The position numbers and the translations under genes are program-made. Shown piece by piece: positions 38,262 to 48,938 of a stretch of 64,000 nt of DNA. The DNA is from a virus: positions 8,865-72,864 of IMG/VR virus record IMGVR_UViG_3300025620_000004. One strand, given 5' to 3'. Every line of letters starts with the position of its first letter. The stretch's first letter is position 1. The notes under the pieces are model-generated. The model saw nothing but the letters and a program-made list of their open reading frames with translations. It was not told where the DNA came from and ran no database searches.

Positions 38262-39189
38262 TGTATGTTCCTATGATGTCTGGTATTTTATCAGGGTTAA
38301 TTTCTAGTATGTACGTTAGATACTCTACTAGCTCTTCTTGCACGGACATATCTTTATCCATGATAAGAGATGCCTCTGACTTACGTTTTACTACTTTTTT
38401 ATCTAGCAATTCCGAGTTCTTTACTCCAGCTAGATCTTGCATATCTCCTTCTACTTCATAGATCGTGTGATCAAAATCAGTAGGAGTCATATCTTCACTA
38501 CTTGTAACTGTTTTACGAATTAACTGTGGAAGTCTAAACTCTTCCCACATCCAACTCCAGTCCTGTTCGTTAATAAGCAAGTAACCTGTTTTTACTTTAC
38601 TTCTATGAAAGGAAGTAGTCATAGGACTACCAGGATATACAATATTGCGTTGACAGTTGCTATGGGCGTGTAGGTCGCCTGCAAATACAACAGGGAAGTC
38701 TTCAAACAGGTCTAAGTCGACTTCGGGTTTAACGTGTGGCGGTATTTCTCCTCTAACGTGAGTGAATAAAGGCCGGCTCGTATCAAAATGATCTATGGCA
38801 CCTTTCTTATGCAAATCTGCGTAAGGTAGGATACTGAAACCTAGGTCATGGTCTACATAAGACACATCTACAATATGAATAAGAGGATTAATATCTCTAC
38901 TTACTTGCTTTAGCTGAGTAAAGAAAGTCTTATTCTTTTTAGTAGCTTCATGGTTTCCATCATAAATAATAGTTGGAACCTTTACTCCACGAATAAACCT
39001 GAAGTAGAGTTCCAACTCTTCCATATTCGGAAGACGATCAAAGAGATCGCCTCCGATTATGTGCATATTACATTCTTTTTCTAGTTCGTAAACTTGGTCA
39101 AAGAACATTTGATAACGGTTTGTAGCCCACTTTACTGGGACGTTCTTTTGTCCCAGCTTGATGTGCCAGTCTGCCGTAAAGAGAATCAT
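38230..39189 (-). CDS. D12: SbcD/Mre11-like nuclease (T5 D12-like)
   Basis: ADWH, GGDLFD, GNHE, GDLH, YPGS. Confidence 0.92.
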   Translation of the reverse strand: MILFTADWHIKLGQKNVPVKWATNRYQMFFDQVYELEKECNMHIIGGDLFDRLPNMEELELYFRFIRGVKVPTIIYDGNHEATKKNKTFFTQLKQVSRDINPLIHIVDVSYVDHDLGFSILPYADLHKKGAIDHFDTSRPLFTHVRGEIPPHVKPEVDLDLFEDFPVVFAGDLHAHSNCQRNIVYPGSPMTTSFHRSKVKTGYLLINEQDWSWMWEEFRLPQLIRKTVTSSEDMTPTDFDHTIYEVEGDMQDLAGVKNSELLDKKVVKRKSEASLIMDKDMSVQEELVEYLTYILEINPDKIPDIIGTYNDYTTNIEMG

Positions 39190-39812
39190 CCTACATTGAA
39201 CTCCGCGTCAAGAGCTTCATCATCAGTCTCGTCACCATGGTTACGAACTCGATCAAGCAACTCTTTCTGTGCGTCAGGAGTAGGACGTGTCATTACGTCA
39301 TCCATAGACTTTAGGTCAGCAATAGCTTCACGCTCTTCGTCTGTAAGAGCACGAGGCTTGCACTTTAGTGCTTGCAACTGATACTCTACGTTGTATGGCA
39401 GAGGGCCAGTCTTAACTCGCTTGAAACAAATGTCCCAGCCAGTATCAGGGTCAGTAGGATCGCCTAGATCTTCTGCGGCAGTAATGATTTGCTCCCACAG
39501 CTTCTTCTTGAGGTTTACTACTTTTACTTCACCGTTGTCGATGCACTGAGTAGCGTAGCTCCAGCCACACTTCAGATCAGGGTAGTATTCACGAACCCAG
39601 TCTTTCTCGACATTGTTGAATCGCTCAGAGTTTCTATCAAAAGATAGGCACTCCATAGGAATGTTTTTACCGTTCTCGCCATTGATCCAGTAAACATAGC
39701 GTGCAAGAATGTCGCCAACTACGCGCATCTTGTTGTCGCCATCTTTATACTGAAAAGTTGAGATTGAGGATTTTTGGGCTCCGCCCGTTTGCTTATTGAA
39801 TGATAATGCCAT
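39186..39812 (-). CDS. D11: T5 D11-like putative ssDNA-binding protein
   Basis: Synteny; RYVYW...ECL.F; acidic C-terminal tail. Confidence 0.75.
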   Translation of the reverse strand: MALSFNKQTGGAQKSSISTFQYKDGDNKMRVVGDILARYVYWINGENGKNIPMECLSFDRNSERFNNVEKDWVREYYPDLKCGWSYATQCIDNGEVKVVNLKKKLWEQIITAAEDLGDPTDPDTGWDICFKRVKTGPLPYNVEYQLQALKCKPRALTDEEREAIADLKSMDDVMTRPTPDAQKELLDRVRNHGDETDDEALDAEFNVG

Positions 39813-40213
39813 TAGTGTATAGTCTCCAGTTGGACTTCTTCATAGATGAACGTTATTTCGTCCGGTAATACTATGAGTAGCCTATTGTCGTTGATTTCAT
39901 CTAGATGCACAGGACAATGTAGTGAATCTAGCGTAGTTTTTTGTGTTGCAAAATATTCCGCTGTACTTCTAAGAGAAGCCAGTGCGTAATATATGCAAAG
40001 TTCTTTTTGTGTGTACTTATAAGAATTGTAAAGAAGCATTTCTCCATGAAGAAGAAAACTATCGCCTGTAAAGTCTTTATAAGAATATTTATAGATAGGG
40101 TCGTACTTGTTACGTGGGATCTGACTGTTTACCAGCATTTCCATTATCATGTTACAAGTAGCAATATTTCCTTGCGCCGTATCAAAAACCTTCTTCCAAT
40201 CAAATAAGAGCAC
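39812..40213 (-). CDS. Conserved T5-like hypothetical protein
   Basis: Between D10 and D11 homologues; Y..LAS.R motif. Confidence 0.6.
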   Translation of the reverse strand: MLLFDWKKVFDTAQGNIATCNMIMEMLVNSQIPRNKYDPIYKYSYKDFTGDSFLLHGEMLLYNSYKYTQKELCIYYALASLRSTAEYFATQKTTLDSLHCPVHLDEINDNRLLIVLPDEITFIYEEVQLETIH

Positions 40214-40214
40214 T

Positions 40215-40243
40215 ATTATACTTCCTTTTTACCATTTTGTCAA
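40215..40243 (-). promoter_or_regulatory. Sigma70-type promoter
   Basis: aaaaataattcTTGACA-17bp-TATAAT on minus strand. Confidence 0.85.
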
Positions 40244-40254
40244 GAATTATTTTT

Positions 40255-41538
40255 CTAAAGGTACTTCATGTCCCAACCCTGCTTCATATAGAACCCAACA
40301 CGATTGGAGGCTTGTTTTCGAGCCGTATTTCCTTTCAGATGTATATCTATAATAACAGGGTCGATTTTACCTTCTTTTTTCCGAATCACTCGTCCACAAA
40401 GCTGTGTCAGTAGTGGTTCATTATTTACAGGGGTTGCCAGTATAAGACAGCTAAGTGTGTCTACTGATATACCTTCTGAGAAGATAGCCTGTGTTCCATA
40501 AAGAACGTTTTTATCTCCGTAGAGTATTTCCTCTACGAGTGTTTCTCTATCTTCATGCGATACGTCACCAGTAACGCATATTGATTTGTCTCCTGTAAGT
40601 TCGGAACAAGCCTTCAAAAAGCTCACTCTATCACTTACTACTAAGACTTTGTGTCCTTTAGCGGCATAAGCTGCGGCTAAAAGTGCTATTGTATGTCTAT
40701 ACTCTTCATCATTTGCTAGCTTTGTAACTCTGTTAGCCCAGGGGATTCTAGCTCCATCCATGAATCGTATCTCTGACGGTACAATATGTACTGTAGGGGT
40801 CATATAGTTTTCTTTCGGTGGCTTGAAAAGAGTATTACCAAAGTAATCTCTGAACACAACGTGTTTTCCATCCTTTCTTTCTATAGTACCCGACAGACCT
40901 ATCTTATATCTACAGTAATTTGTATCTAAAATTTTACTAAAGGTCGGACTGCTAACATGATGCATCTCATCTAGTATAACTGTGCCAAACTCTTTACGAA
41001 TCTTGTCTACGTTTCGGTATAAAGTCTGTGTATTCCCAATGACGATAGGAGCATCAAGATCAAACTGACCACTACCTATGATGCCTGGTTTAATTCCATA
41101 GACTTTCTCTACTTCTTTTGCCCACTGATTACGCAGAGGGACAGTATGGGTAACAACAAGCGTCTTCTGACCAAGTTTACCAGCAATAGCTAAACCTGTA
41201 AATGTCTTACCCCAACTCACCCATGCGTTAATTATGGCGTTGTCTTCGATTTCGTCATAGACCTTCTTTTGACTAGCTCGAAGATCGAACTTAAACTCGG
41301 GGAATTCTACAGGCTTGTTTACTCGCCTATCGACTATTTCGTAATTTGATGGTATTAAATCCGTACGTCCGATAGGTAATGAGACTAACCCATTACGAAT
41401 AATGCCCATATTCTTAATCACCTCAGGTGGATCAAGAGGATTGTGCGTAGGAATAGTATAGGTGAGCTCTTTGTCGATTCTCTCCTGTACTTCTTCGGTA
41501 CAATCCATGTATATTCTGTGACTTATAACTGCCTTCAC
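40255..41538 (-). CDS. D10: SF2 helicase (T5 D10/UvsW-like)
   Basis: SWGKT, DEMHH, GLSGT, QLCGRVIR. Confidence 0.9.
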   Translation of the reverse strand: MKAVISHRIYMDCTEEVQERIDKELTYTIPTHNPLDPPEVIKNMGIIRNGLVSLPIGRTDLIPSNYEIVDRRVNKPVEFPEFKFDLRASQKKVYDEIEDNAIINAWVSWGKTFTGLAIAGKLGQKTLVVTHTVPLRNQWAKEVEKVYGIKPGIIGSGQFDLDAPIVIGNTQTLYRNVDKIRKEFGTVILDEMHHVSSPTFSKILDTNYCRYKIGLSGTIERKDGKHVVFRDYFGNTLFKPPKENYMTPTVHIVPSEIRFMDGARIPWANRVTKLANDEEYRHTIALLAAAYAAKGHKVLVVSDRVSFLKACSELTGDKSICVTGDVSHEDRETLVEEILYGDKNVLYGTQAIFSEGISVDTLSCLILATPVNNEPLLTQLCGRVIRKKEGKIDPVIIDIHLKGNTARKQASNRVGFYMKQGWDMKYL

Positions 41539-42062
41539 GAAGTCGCCTCTTTCAAGGCAGCTTTAACGGCCTGCACTGACATATAGTTTTCAGGTACTTG
41601 CATACATATGTGTGGAATCTCTAAGTCTTGTATCATAATACTAAGAAGAGTATCCGCCACAGTAGTCCAACGCATACTAGGAACACCGCGCAATGCTACG
41701 CCTCCGAGATCCATTGTGGTAATCTTACATTGTTTCTCGGGACAATTCCAGTGTAAGTTGTTAGCATAGTGATTCAAAGCTGCTTTCTGCGCGGCATACA
41801 TATACCCTTTGGATATATTCGGTTGGGCGGCACGAGAAGATATGTTAAAAATTATCCTCTTAGGATCAAATCTCCACTCATTGAATACATACTCTAGCAG
41901 CTCTACTTGCTTGAAGCCAACGTGTGCATAGTTTATGAAACACCCATACTCATTAATATCTACTCTACCTTCGAGTATATCTTCAATGCGACAAGTGTCA
42001 ATGGGTATAAGGTGGTTAAGGGCAGAGTAAAGTGTACTAGTCCCGGTTATTAATGTTTTCAT
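41535..42062 (-). CDS. Compact short-chain dehydrogenase/reductase-like protein
   Basis: LITGTS, FINYA, IFNISS, YAAQK (YxxxK). Confidence 0.7.
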   Translation of the reverse strand: MKTLITGTSTLYSALNHLIPIDTCRIEDILEGRVDINEYGCFINYAHVGFKQVELLEYVFNEWRFDPKRIIFNISSRAAQPNISKGYMYAAQKAALNHYANNLHWNCPEKQCKITTMDLGGVALRGVPSMRWTTVADTLLSIMIQDLEIPHICMQVPENYMSVQAVKAALKEATS

Positions 42063-42954
42063 AGTGCTCCTTTACTAGATTAAACGATGGTTTTCCAAAT
42101 AAAGAACCATCTACGCTACATTTATTGCAGGGAGACATAGATCTGTCACCCTTCATTAGTTTTTTACGAATCTTGGTCATAGGCTTACTGAACCATACAT
42201 CGTATAGAGAATCTTGTAATAGATTGCCTACTACGTGCTCTCTGCCCCAATCATTACTACAGAACAGTACATCACCATTCCAATCGACAAACATTTTATA
42301 GAACGGGTAGTGACAAGGCTTACCTTGTAGTGCAGTAACACTACTCTCCTCTACTCCTACCCAATCCATAACTCCGCTTCGATTGTTCAGAATTAAACCA
42401 TGCTTTTCAAAATCACCCCAATGCATACGGTACTTATAGTTTGCTTTAGGAATATCTTTCATAATTACATCAAAGTGTTCCATCTGCTCAATACCATCAT
42501 ACAAGTTGATATACAATATGTCGAGACCCCGTTGCGAGATCAAATCTTCAGCGTACTCTTTAGTCAGCCTATCTCCATTAGTATTGCACTCTATAGTAGC
42601 ATCGGGTAGATACTCTCTAAAGGCTGATACTATTTCTGGAAACTGAGGGTTAAGTAGATTCTCTCCGAACCCGCTGAGAGATATTTTGCCTCTAAAATCA
42701 TTGTTAGCAAGTTCTTTCGCAATAGTAGCAGCACCTTTTACAGTCATATGAAGGTTTCGGTTAGGAAACACTTCTGGATCGTGTCGAGGGCAGAATACAC
42801 ACGTTCTATTACACAATTCTGTAGTATTAATCTCTACAGTAAGTATAGAACGTAGGGGTGAGTCTTTTGTATTCCTTGACCAGTGTGCGGCTTCTTGGTT
42901 TCTTCTGTGTTCCAAGAAGTCGTACTGGTCTACTGCTACTGTGGGTATTTTCAT
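42037..42954 (-). CDS. Radical SAM protein with SPASM/Twitch domain
   Basis: CNRTCVFC; C..PF...VDWNGDV..C.ND...GN...PC..C. Confidence 0.9.
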   Translation of the reverse strand: MKIPTVAVDQYDFLEHRRNQEAAHWSRNTKDSPLRSILTVEINTTELCNRTCVFCPRHDPEVFPNRNLHMTVKGAATIAKELANNDFRGKISLSGFGENLLNPQFPEIVSAFREYLPDATIECNTNGDRLTKEYAEDLISQRGLDILYINLYDGIEQMEHFDVIMKDIPKANYKYRMHWGDFEKHGLILNNRSGVMDWVGVEESSVTALQGKPCHYPFYKMFVDWNGDVLFCSNDWGREHVVGNLLQDSLYDVWFSKPMTKIRKKLMKGDRSMSPCNKCSVDGSLFGKPSFNLVKEHYENINNRD

Positions 42955-43610
42955 AGTTCTAGTTCATTCTTAGCAATAATATAAGTTTTGACAAAATCAG
43001 ACCGCACAATGTCCTCTACTTCAAACTCAATGAAGGTAAAGAGACCCATACGCTTTAGAACTTGGAAGAAGTCTTTTATACCGTTTCCTCTCAAATCTGC
43101 CTGCCGAAAGTCTCCACAAAACATAATTCTACAGTTCTCACCCATACGAGTAATAATAGAATCTAGTTCATGAAAAGACATATTTTGACACTCATCAATA
43201 AGAATAACTGCATCTCTGAGTGTAATTCCTCGTATAAATGAAGTGGTCATAAACTCTACTAAATTTTTCTGTTTCAGTATTTCATAGGCATCGCCTCTAC
43301 CGAACAGATCATTAGCAATATCTTTATAAGGCTCTTCATAAACAGAGGCTTTTTCCTTTTCTGTACCGGGCAAGAATCCAATATCTCTTGTAGGTACAGC
43401 ACTTCGTATAATTACTAGCTTTTGAAAGGCTCCTTTTGCCATATCATCGTATGCTAGGTACGAGGATATAAACGTTTTACCTGTGCCTGCAAGTCCATGC
43501 AGAACAAGGTGTTTATTAGATTCAAATGCTTTTAGCTGGTTACGTGTTAAAGGTTCTATTTCTTGCAGCTCAAAGTTGACTCCTGCAAGAGTTTTTCTTC
43601 GTTTTCCCAT
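42951..43610 (-). CDS. phoH: PhoH-like ATPase
   Basis: GLAGTGKT, IGFLPG, FIRG.T, DECQN, GDFRQAD; probable start 43610. Confidence 0.92.
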   Translation of the reverse strand: MGKRRKTLAGVNFELQEIEPLTRNQLKAFESNKHLVLHGLAGTGKTFISSYLAYDDMAKGAFQKLVIIRSAVPTRDIGFLPGTEKEKASVYEEPYKDIANDLFGRGDAYEILKQKNLVEFMTTSFIRGITLRDAVILIDECQNMSFHELDSIITRMGENCRIMFCGDFRQADLRGNGIKDFFQVLKRMGLFTFIEFEVEDIVRSDFVKTYIIAKNELEL

Positions 43611-43611
43611 A

Positions 43612-44109
43612 TTATACTTTCTTTCTGGTATCTTTGAGTTTCGTTTCCGAATACTCATACAGCACCCACGGAAGTCCATGTAAGTGCAAAATCCCCGCCC
43701 AAAGCATTCCATCTTCGGGAGGGCGTGGAACGGTAAAAGGAGTTTTATGTCCTTGTACCCATACAAGTGAAGCTACATCTTTCTTCTCCACTCTTTTAAT
43801 TCTCAAGTATTTTAGTTGTGCAAAGCGTGTTTTTTCGTACACAAAAGGCTTTCCTGTATTGTCTATGAAGTACTTCTTACTTTGTTTGAGTATACCGTTG
43901 TATGAAGTCAACATCCTCTTGAGTTGCAGAAGATTCTTATGTGCTGTTTGCATACGCCTAGCCCCAAGAGTTCGTCCCTCTTTATTTCTATCATCTACTA
44001 TCTTATCTTCAAGAAAAAGGAGTCCATCATGCAACTCCCAATTTCCTGAAGGTAATAAAAATACAGGATACTCTACACTGGTACGTATGTTACGATATGT
44101 AATCACCAT
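43612..44109 (-). CDS. Conserved T5-like hypothetical protein downstream of DNA polymerase
   Basis: Synteny; FID..GK.F.Y.K motif; probable start 44109. Confidence 0.6.
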   Translation of the reverse strand: MVITYRNIRTSVEYPVFLLPSGNWELHDGLLFLEDKIVDDRNKEGRTLGARRMQTAHKNLLQLKRMLTSYNGILKQSKKYFIDNTGKPFVYEKTRFAQLKYLRIKRVEKKDVASLVWVQGHKTPFTVPRPPEDGMLWAGILHLHGLPWVLYEYSETKLKDTRKKV

Positions 44110-46369
44110 ATTTCTTCTCGAACTTTCCGCCTGAGTAATCTTCATGAACAATCTCAAAGTCACAGCCTACTGGAGCACCAGGTATAGAGATACCTCTGTC
44201 CATCTGTATCAAGTTTGCTAGTTTTTCCATGTACTCTTCAACTTCTTGATCTGGTACTTCTGCTAGAATGGAATCGTGTACGAGCGCGAAAATACGAGCC
44301 TTCTTGCCGTTTGCTTTGATCCATTCATTCATGTCTATTGCGCCTAGAAGGTTAATATCAGAAGCAGCAGACTGCACCAGAAAATTAAGACCAGACCTAA
44401 CGCTATGACTCTGGATGCCTTTGTCTGTCGATGCGACATTTGGTAATCTCCTCTTTCTTCCGAAGAAGCTGTAAATGAAACCATTCTGTTGAATGAACTT
44501 CTGGTTCTCTTCAATCCATGATTTTAACTTATGAAACTCTTTGAAGTAATCATCAATTACTTCCTGAGCCTCGTTTCTAGTGAAAGGTTTACCACTGTCT
44601 TTTGTGACTTGCTCACTAATCTTATTTGCTCCGGCACCATACATGATACCAAAGGTTACGGCTTTAGCCGCCTGACGTTGCATACTGTATAGTTCTGCTA
44701 CTTCGCTTACTTCACAAGGTAGCTTAAATACTTTGTGTGCAATCGCACTGTGGAAGTTGCCTCCAGACTTGAAGACATCCATAAGTGCTTTGTCTTTTGC
44801 GAGCACAGCAGCTACATATACCTCTGCTGTGGTCAAATCCATTGCTACAATTTTATGTCCAGGAGCGGCTTTAATGCATCCCTTAACAATGGGATTATCT
44901 CTGGGTAGTTGTTGCATATTAAGCTTGCCACTAGAGCTAAGCCGCCCACTAGTTGTGCCGTGAAGGTTAAAACCTGTCCGTAAGCGACTATCTCTGTCCA
45001 ACTGCGGAAAGATTTTGTCCAGATAAGTATTTTTAATTTTAGACTTTTGTCGGATAGCAAGGATAAGTCCGGGGACTTCGGATTGCTCCGCCAACTCTTG
45101 AAGAACTTCCGCATCTGTTGAATTCGCGCCCGTTCCAGTCTTTTTTCCAGTAGGAGTAAGGCCGATGAAGTCAAATAGTAAACTACGAAGCTGAACAGTA
45201 CTGTTAGGATTAAAATCTTTTCCATTAATTTGCTCAAATTTACTGATGGCAGGATGTTTGTATAGCTCCGCTACTGCTTCGTCAATCTCGTCTTGCATGA
45301 GAGATTGAGACTTGAGCAAACGCTGCTTATCAAACGGTACGCCATTGTCTTGGATGTCCGTTAGAAAACGGCAACCAGGAATTAGTATGTTATCATACAC
45401 TTTTGCTAGACGTTTGTTCTGCTTAATCTTTACAAACTTCTCGTAGAGAAGGAAAGTACAAGCAGCATCCATACCAGCGTACAGTTTCATAACGTCAAAA
45501 GGAATATCACCCCAGTTGAAGTCATTTTTGAGAATACCATGCTGTTTACGATAGTTATCAATCCACTCGTACATTGGCTTCTCATAGTCCCCATACTTAG
45601 TGTACTTCATAGACAACTGCTTTAGACCGTGAGTACCAGGGTTCTCATCAATCAAGTAGTGTAGAAGCATTGTATCTTCAAAGCTAGGGAATTTAAAGTT
45701 AAAGTGGTACTCGAAGAACGCCATATCGAACTTGGCATTATGGAATACTACTGTTTTCTTGTCAAATAACTCTTGCAATAAACGCTCTGTCTCTTCGTCA
45801 AAGCATTCTGTATCTATGTATGCACCCCTATCAGCTTCATAACTAAGACTAATGCCAAGCATGTGGCCGTCACGTGGATAAAGTCCGGTTGTCTCCGAGT
45901 CAAGAGCAACGTAAGGAAGAGGGGCGTCAATAGCAGCACGTATAAAAGCATTGGCTTCCTCTGTATCTTGTATACCCCACGCATTGTATTCAGTAATTAC
46001 TACGTCTTGTTTATCGCCAGTGATGTACTCTATAATACTTTGCTTGGAGTCGTCCCATGTGCGTTGTGCTTCGGGCTTAAACGCAAGCATGGCAGGGTTA
46101 ATGACAGGCAGGAACTTCTCTTCGACTTTCTTGCCAGAATATTCTGTGACCGAATTCACAGAGGTAAAGTACTTGAGTGCATCACTACCGACTAGAATAA
46201 GCCAGTCGTACGCGTCTACATCAATCTCGATGTCGCAGTCTCGTTTAAGTACTTTTTTGATGCCTGGGTCTGAACAGAGTTGATACTGATCAAACTCAAA
46301 CTCATCATCGAATTCTTTCTTAAAATTTGTTCTACTTGGTTTAGTTTCTACTAATGCAACTTTAGGCAT
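44090..46369 (-). CDS. Family A DNA polymerase (T5-like; Phe at 762-equivalent)
   Basis: DSETTGL and HNAKFD exonuclease motifs, SGRLSS, RQAAKAVTFGIMYG, LVHDSI. Confidence 0.95.
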   Translation of the reverse strand: MPKVALVETKPSRTNFKKEFDDEFEFDQYQLCSDPGIKKVLKRDCDIEIDVDAYDWLILVGSDALKYFTSVNSVTEYSGKKVEEKFLPVINPAMLAFKPEAQRTWDDSKQSIIEYITGDKQDVVITEYNAWGIQDTEEANAFIRAAIDAPLPYVALDSETTGLYPRDGHMLGISLSYEADRGAYIDTECFDEETERLLQELFDKKTVVFHNAKFDMAFFEYHFNFKFPSFEDTMLLHYLIDENPGTHGLKQLSMKYTKYGDYEKPMYEWIDNYRKQHGILKNDFNWGDIPFDVMKLYAGMDAACTFLLYEKFVKIKQNKRLAKVYDNILIPGCRFLTDIQDNGVPFDKQRLLKSQSLMQDEIDEAVAELYKHPAISKFEQINGKDFNPNSTVQLRSLLFDFIGLTPTGKKTGTGANSTDAEVLQELAEQSEVPGLILAIRQKSKIKNTYLDKIFPQLDRDSRLRTGFNLHGTTSGRLSSSGKLNMQQLPRDNPIVKGCIKAAPGHKIVAMDLTTAEVYVAAVLAKDKALMDVFKSGGNFHSAIAHKVFKLPCEVSEVAELYSMQRQAAKAVTFGIMYGAGANKISEQVTKDSGKPFTRNEAQEVIDDYFKEFHKLKSWIEENQKFIQQNGFIYSFFGRKRRLPNVASTDKGIQSHSVRSGLNFLVQSAASDINLLGAIDMNEWIKANGKKARIFALVHDSILAEVPDQEVEEYMEKLANLIQMDRGISIPGAPVGCDFEIVHEDYSGGKFEKKYGDYIS

Positions 46370-47189
46370 ATAATTTACTCTTTAGTGTTTGTACTGATTT
46401 CATGGGTAGTGCTCCTGGATCAGTGTCCTTGAGCGCCACGTTTCTACTAGCTAAGCCTACTCGCTCTGCCATCTCTTTTACTTCTCTTGCGGCATTCTGT
46501 CCTGCGTCATCTCCATCAAAGAATATAATTACTTCTTCTACACCTTGTATAGAAAGCATACGTAACTTATCTTCATTGATGTTCTTTGTTCCAAAGCAAC
46601 ACACTGCATTGTCTAATCCTTTGTCATGCAGATTGATCATATCATAGATACCTTCTACTAGAATAACAGAGCCTTGTATCGGCTCTACTACAGGGTAGAG
46701 AGGCATCTTCGCACCCGCAGGCGAGATCATGTACTTGGGTGTACCACCAGTGGTGTGACGACCATTAAATGCTACAATTCGACCTGATATATCTCGCACT
46801 GGAAATACAATGCGACCAATATGGTCAGGATCATGATGTTGAAAAGCTTCAAACCTTTTGTATGTTTCAGGTTTGATTTCTCTCCAACTACCCGTATAGG
46901 GTATAATATTTTTGGGAAAAGACAAACCAACCGACTCAGACCTCTTCTCTCTAATTTTCTTTTTTAGTAATTCTCGTCTTAGTTGTAGTTGGTTTGCCTT
47001 TTCCCCAAAATGGGTAAAAATGTTTCCTTTATATCCACAGGAAAAACACTGAAATACTCCAGTGATCTTATCAATCCGCATACTAGGATTTCTATCCGCG
47101 TGCTCAGGATTGAGACAGCTAACAATAGCGTCTGCGCCTTTGGGTATAAAATAAACATCTCTTGATGTTAATAGTTCTTCTACTGTCAC
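46362..47189 (-). CDS. DNA primase (Zn finger + TOPRIM)
   Basis: CLNPEH...CFSC; VEGIYD, FDGDDAG. Confidence 0.9.
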   Translation of the reverse strand: MTVEELLTSRDVYFIPKGADAIVSCLNPEHADRNPSMRIDKITGVFQCFSCGYKGNIFTHFGEKANQLQLRRELLKKKIREKRSESVGLSFPKNIIPYTGSWREIKPETYKRFEAFQHHDPDHIGRIVFPVRDISGRIVAFNGRHTTGGTPKYMISPAGAKMPLYPVVEPIQGSVILVEGIYDMINLHDKGLDNAVCCFGTKNINEDKLRMLSIQGVEEVIIFFDGDDAGQNAAREVKEMAERVGLASRNVALKDTDPGALPMKSVQTLKSKLYA

Positions 47190-47464
47190 CTACCGATGTC
47201 CTTGATGTTTTCTTTACTGATTACTTGGTACGCACCTTTGTTATAGGCAGGTGCAATCGTATACTTACTATCTAGCTTTGGCTTTTCTACTAACTCTGTA
47301 TTATGGCCGCCCTGATCGTAAGACTTGTACTCAGGAGTCTCTCTACGATACGTAGTAGTCTCTTGTAAAGGCTGAAATTTGGGTGTATAACGCTTAGACT
47401 TAGGCAAAGGCTTTCGCTTTCTACCTGAGCTAGTGTGTCGTAAACTACCGAATGTAAGTGCCAT
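47186..47464 (-). CDS. Hypothetical basic phage protein
   Basis: IAPAYNKGAYQVI motif; own promoter and AAGGGG RBS. Confidence 0.65.
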   Translation of the reverse strand: MALTFGSLRHTSSGRKRKPLPKSKRYTPKFQPLQETTTYRRETPEYKSYDQGGHNTELVEKPKLDSKYTIAPAYNKGAYQVISKENIKDIGR

Positions 47465-47492
47465 ATGCTTTATCCCCTTTAAGTATCCGTAT

Positions 47493-47521
47493 ATTATACG
47501 CAAAAGAAGATAAAAAGTCAA
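47493..47521 (-). promoter_or_regulatory. Sigma70-type promoter
   Basis: TTGACT-17bp-TATAAT. Confidence 0.8.
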
Positions 47522-47530
47522 GAAATATTT

Positions 47531-48880
47531 TTATAGATCATCAATATCTTCGCCAGTCTTGTGCGAGGAATCATCTTTCTCTTTAGGAGTCATTGCAGTT
47601 TCTGGGCCAATCTTTAGGCTATCCCAGTCTACTTTAGAACTAAAAGAGTTCATAGAAGCAGATCGCATTTTTACACAGTTGAAAGTGATACACTCATCTT
47701 CATGATCCCAAGTTTCTAGGGCATAGGCGGCATCTGCCGCATCAAGAATACCTTTAGCGAATCGAGCTTCACCAGTTGCGTCTGTTTGATAGGGAGATAT
47801 TACAGTACAGTCATACTCTTGTGCCATTGATTTCAATGCTTTACTTACTTCAATCTGTTCAGTCCAATCGTACTGACCTCCACGAGAAGGTAGACTCGAC
47901 CGCTTTACCTGATTAATATAGTCAACAATAATAACACCAACATTCAGAGGTTTAACTTTTTTGTCAAGCTCTGCACGAATCTTGGAGAGAGTGAGAGATG
48001 CATCATACACTACGTCCAACTGCTGAGTCGGGAGAAGCTCGCAGGTGTTTTTTAGGGATGTATGCAACTTCTCAAAGTTACGATGTTGTCTATACTCCTT
48101 CAAGCGGTCTTGTCCATCAACATAACGACCTGCCCACCACGTAGCAACTTTCTCCCACTCGGTAACACTCAGATTCTGAGTACGGAGGCGAGAAAAAGGA
48201 ACTTCTGTAGCGATAGCACAGCATCGTTGAAGGATCGACCGACTATCCATCTCAATAGTGAAATACATAGCCGATCTACCTGAAGCGTAAACACTGGTTG
48301 CAATGTTTGCACAAATGACAGATTTACCAGCACCCCGTTTACCACCGAACATAACAAGATCTCTAGGAGAAAACTTTATGTCGTGGTCGTACTCTTCATT
48401 GAGTCCGAGGGCCATATACCTGGCTAAATCTTCTTCTGGCTCAAACAAGTCAATACGTTGCATACTTTCTTGTGGGTCTTCGAGATCAACCTTATCTTCA
48501 ACGTCTAGGACGATCTGATGTAGGTGGTTTACTGATTCCTGAGCATTTTCAAATGCAACAGAATTCTCAATATAATCTTCGAGTGAGTCCAGAATTTCTT
48601 TTTGAGTGTATTCGTTCTTCAGATACTCAAGAAGCATCTGAGGGTCTGCATCGACCTCGACTGCTTCTACTGCGTAGAGTTTCTCTCGAGTAGCTGAATC
48701 ACGAATCTCAAACTTTAGATCTTCAATCGTAGGCATTCTATGGAACTCTTCGCAATGCTTATCAATAATCTTATACAGACTATGATACTCAGTTGCAAAG
48801 TACTGCTTGTGCGCTACACTCCAGGTCTGAAAGTCCTGTAGCGTAAGCACTTGCTTAATAAGCGCACTAGCGATGTTCAA
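47531..48880 (-). CDS. DnaB-like replicative helicase (T5 D6-like)
   Basis: GKRGAGKS, FTIEM, IVDYINQV, FAKGILDAAD; probable TTG start 48880 with GGGAG RBS. Confidence 0.88.
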   Translation of the reverse strand: MNIASALIKQVLTLQDFQTWSVAHKQYFATEYHSLYKIIDKHCEEFHRMPTIEDLKFEIRDSATREKLYAVEAVEVDADPQMLLEYLKNEYTQKEILDSLEDYIENSVAFENAQESVNHLHQIVLDVEDKVDLEDPQESMQRIDLFEPEEDLARYMALGLNEEYDHDIKFSPRDLVMFGGKRGAGKSVICANIATSVYASGRSAMYFTIEMDSRSILQRCCAIATEVPFSRLRTQNLSVTEWEKVATWWAGRYVDGQDRLKEYRQHRNFEKLHTSLKNTCELLPTQQLDVVYDASLTLSKIRAELDKKVKPLNVGVIIVDYINQVKRSSLPSRGGQYDWTEQIEVSKALKSMAQEYDCTVISPYQTDATGEARFAKGILDAADAAYALETWDHEDECITFNCVKMRSASMNSFSSKVDWDSLKIGPETAMTPKEKDDSSHKTGEDIDDL

Positions 48881-48906
48881 TTGAAAGTCTCCCGATTTCA
48901 AATCTA

Positions 48907-48938
48907 AAATGTAGGGTAGACCCCGAAGAGCCTACCCT
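48907..48938 (-). terminator. Terminator after D5
   Basis: AGGGTAGGCTC-TTCG-GGGTCTACCCT then acatttt. Confidence 0.7.
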
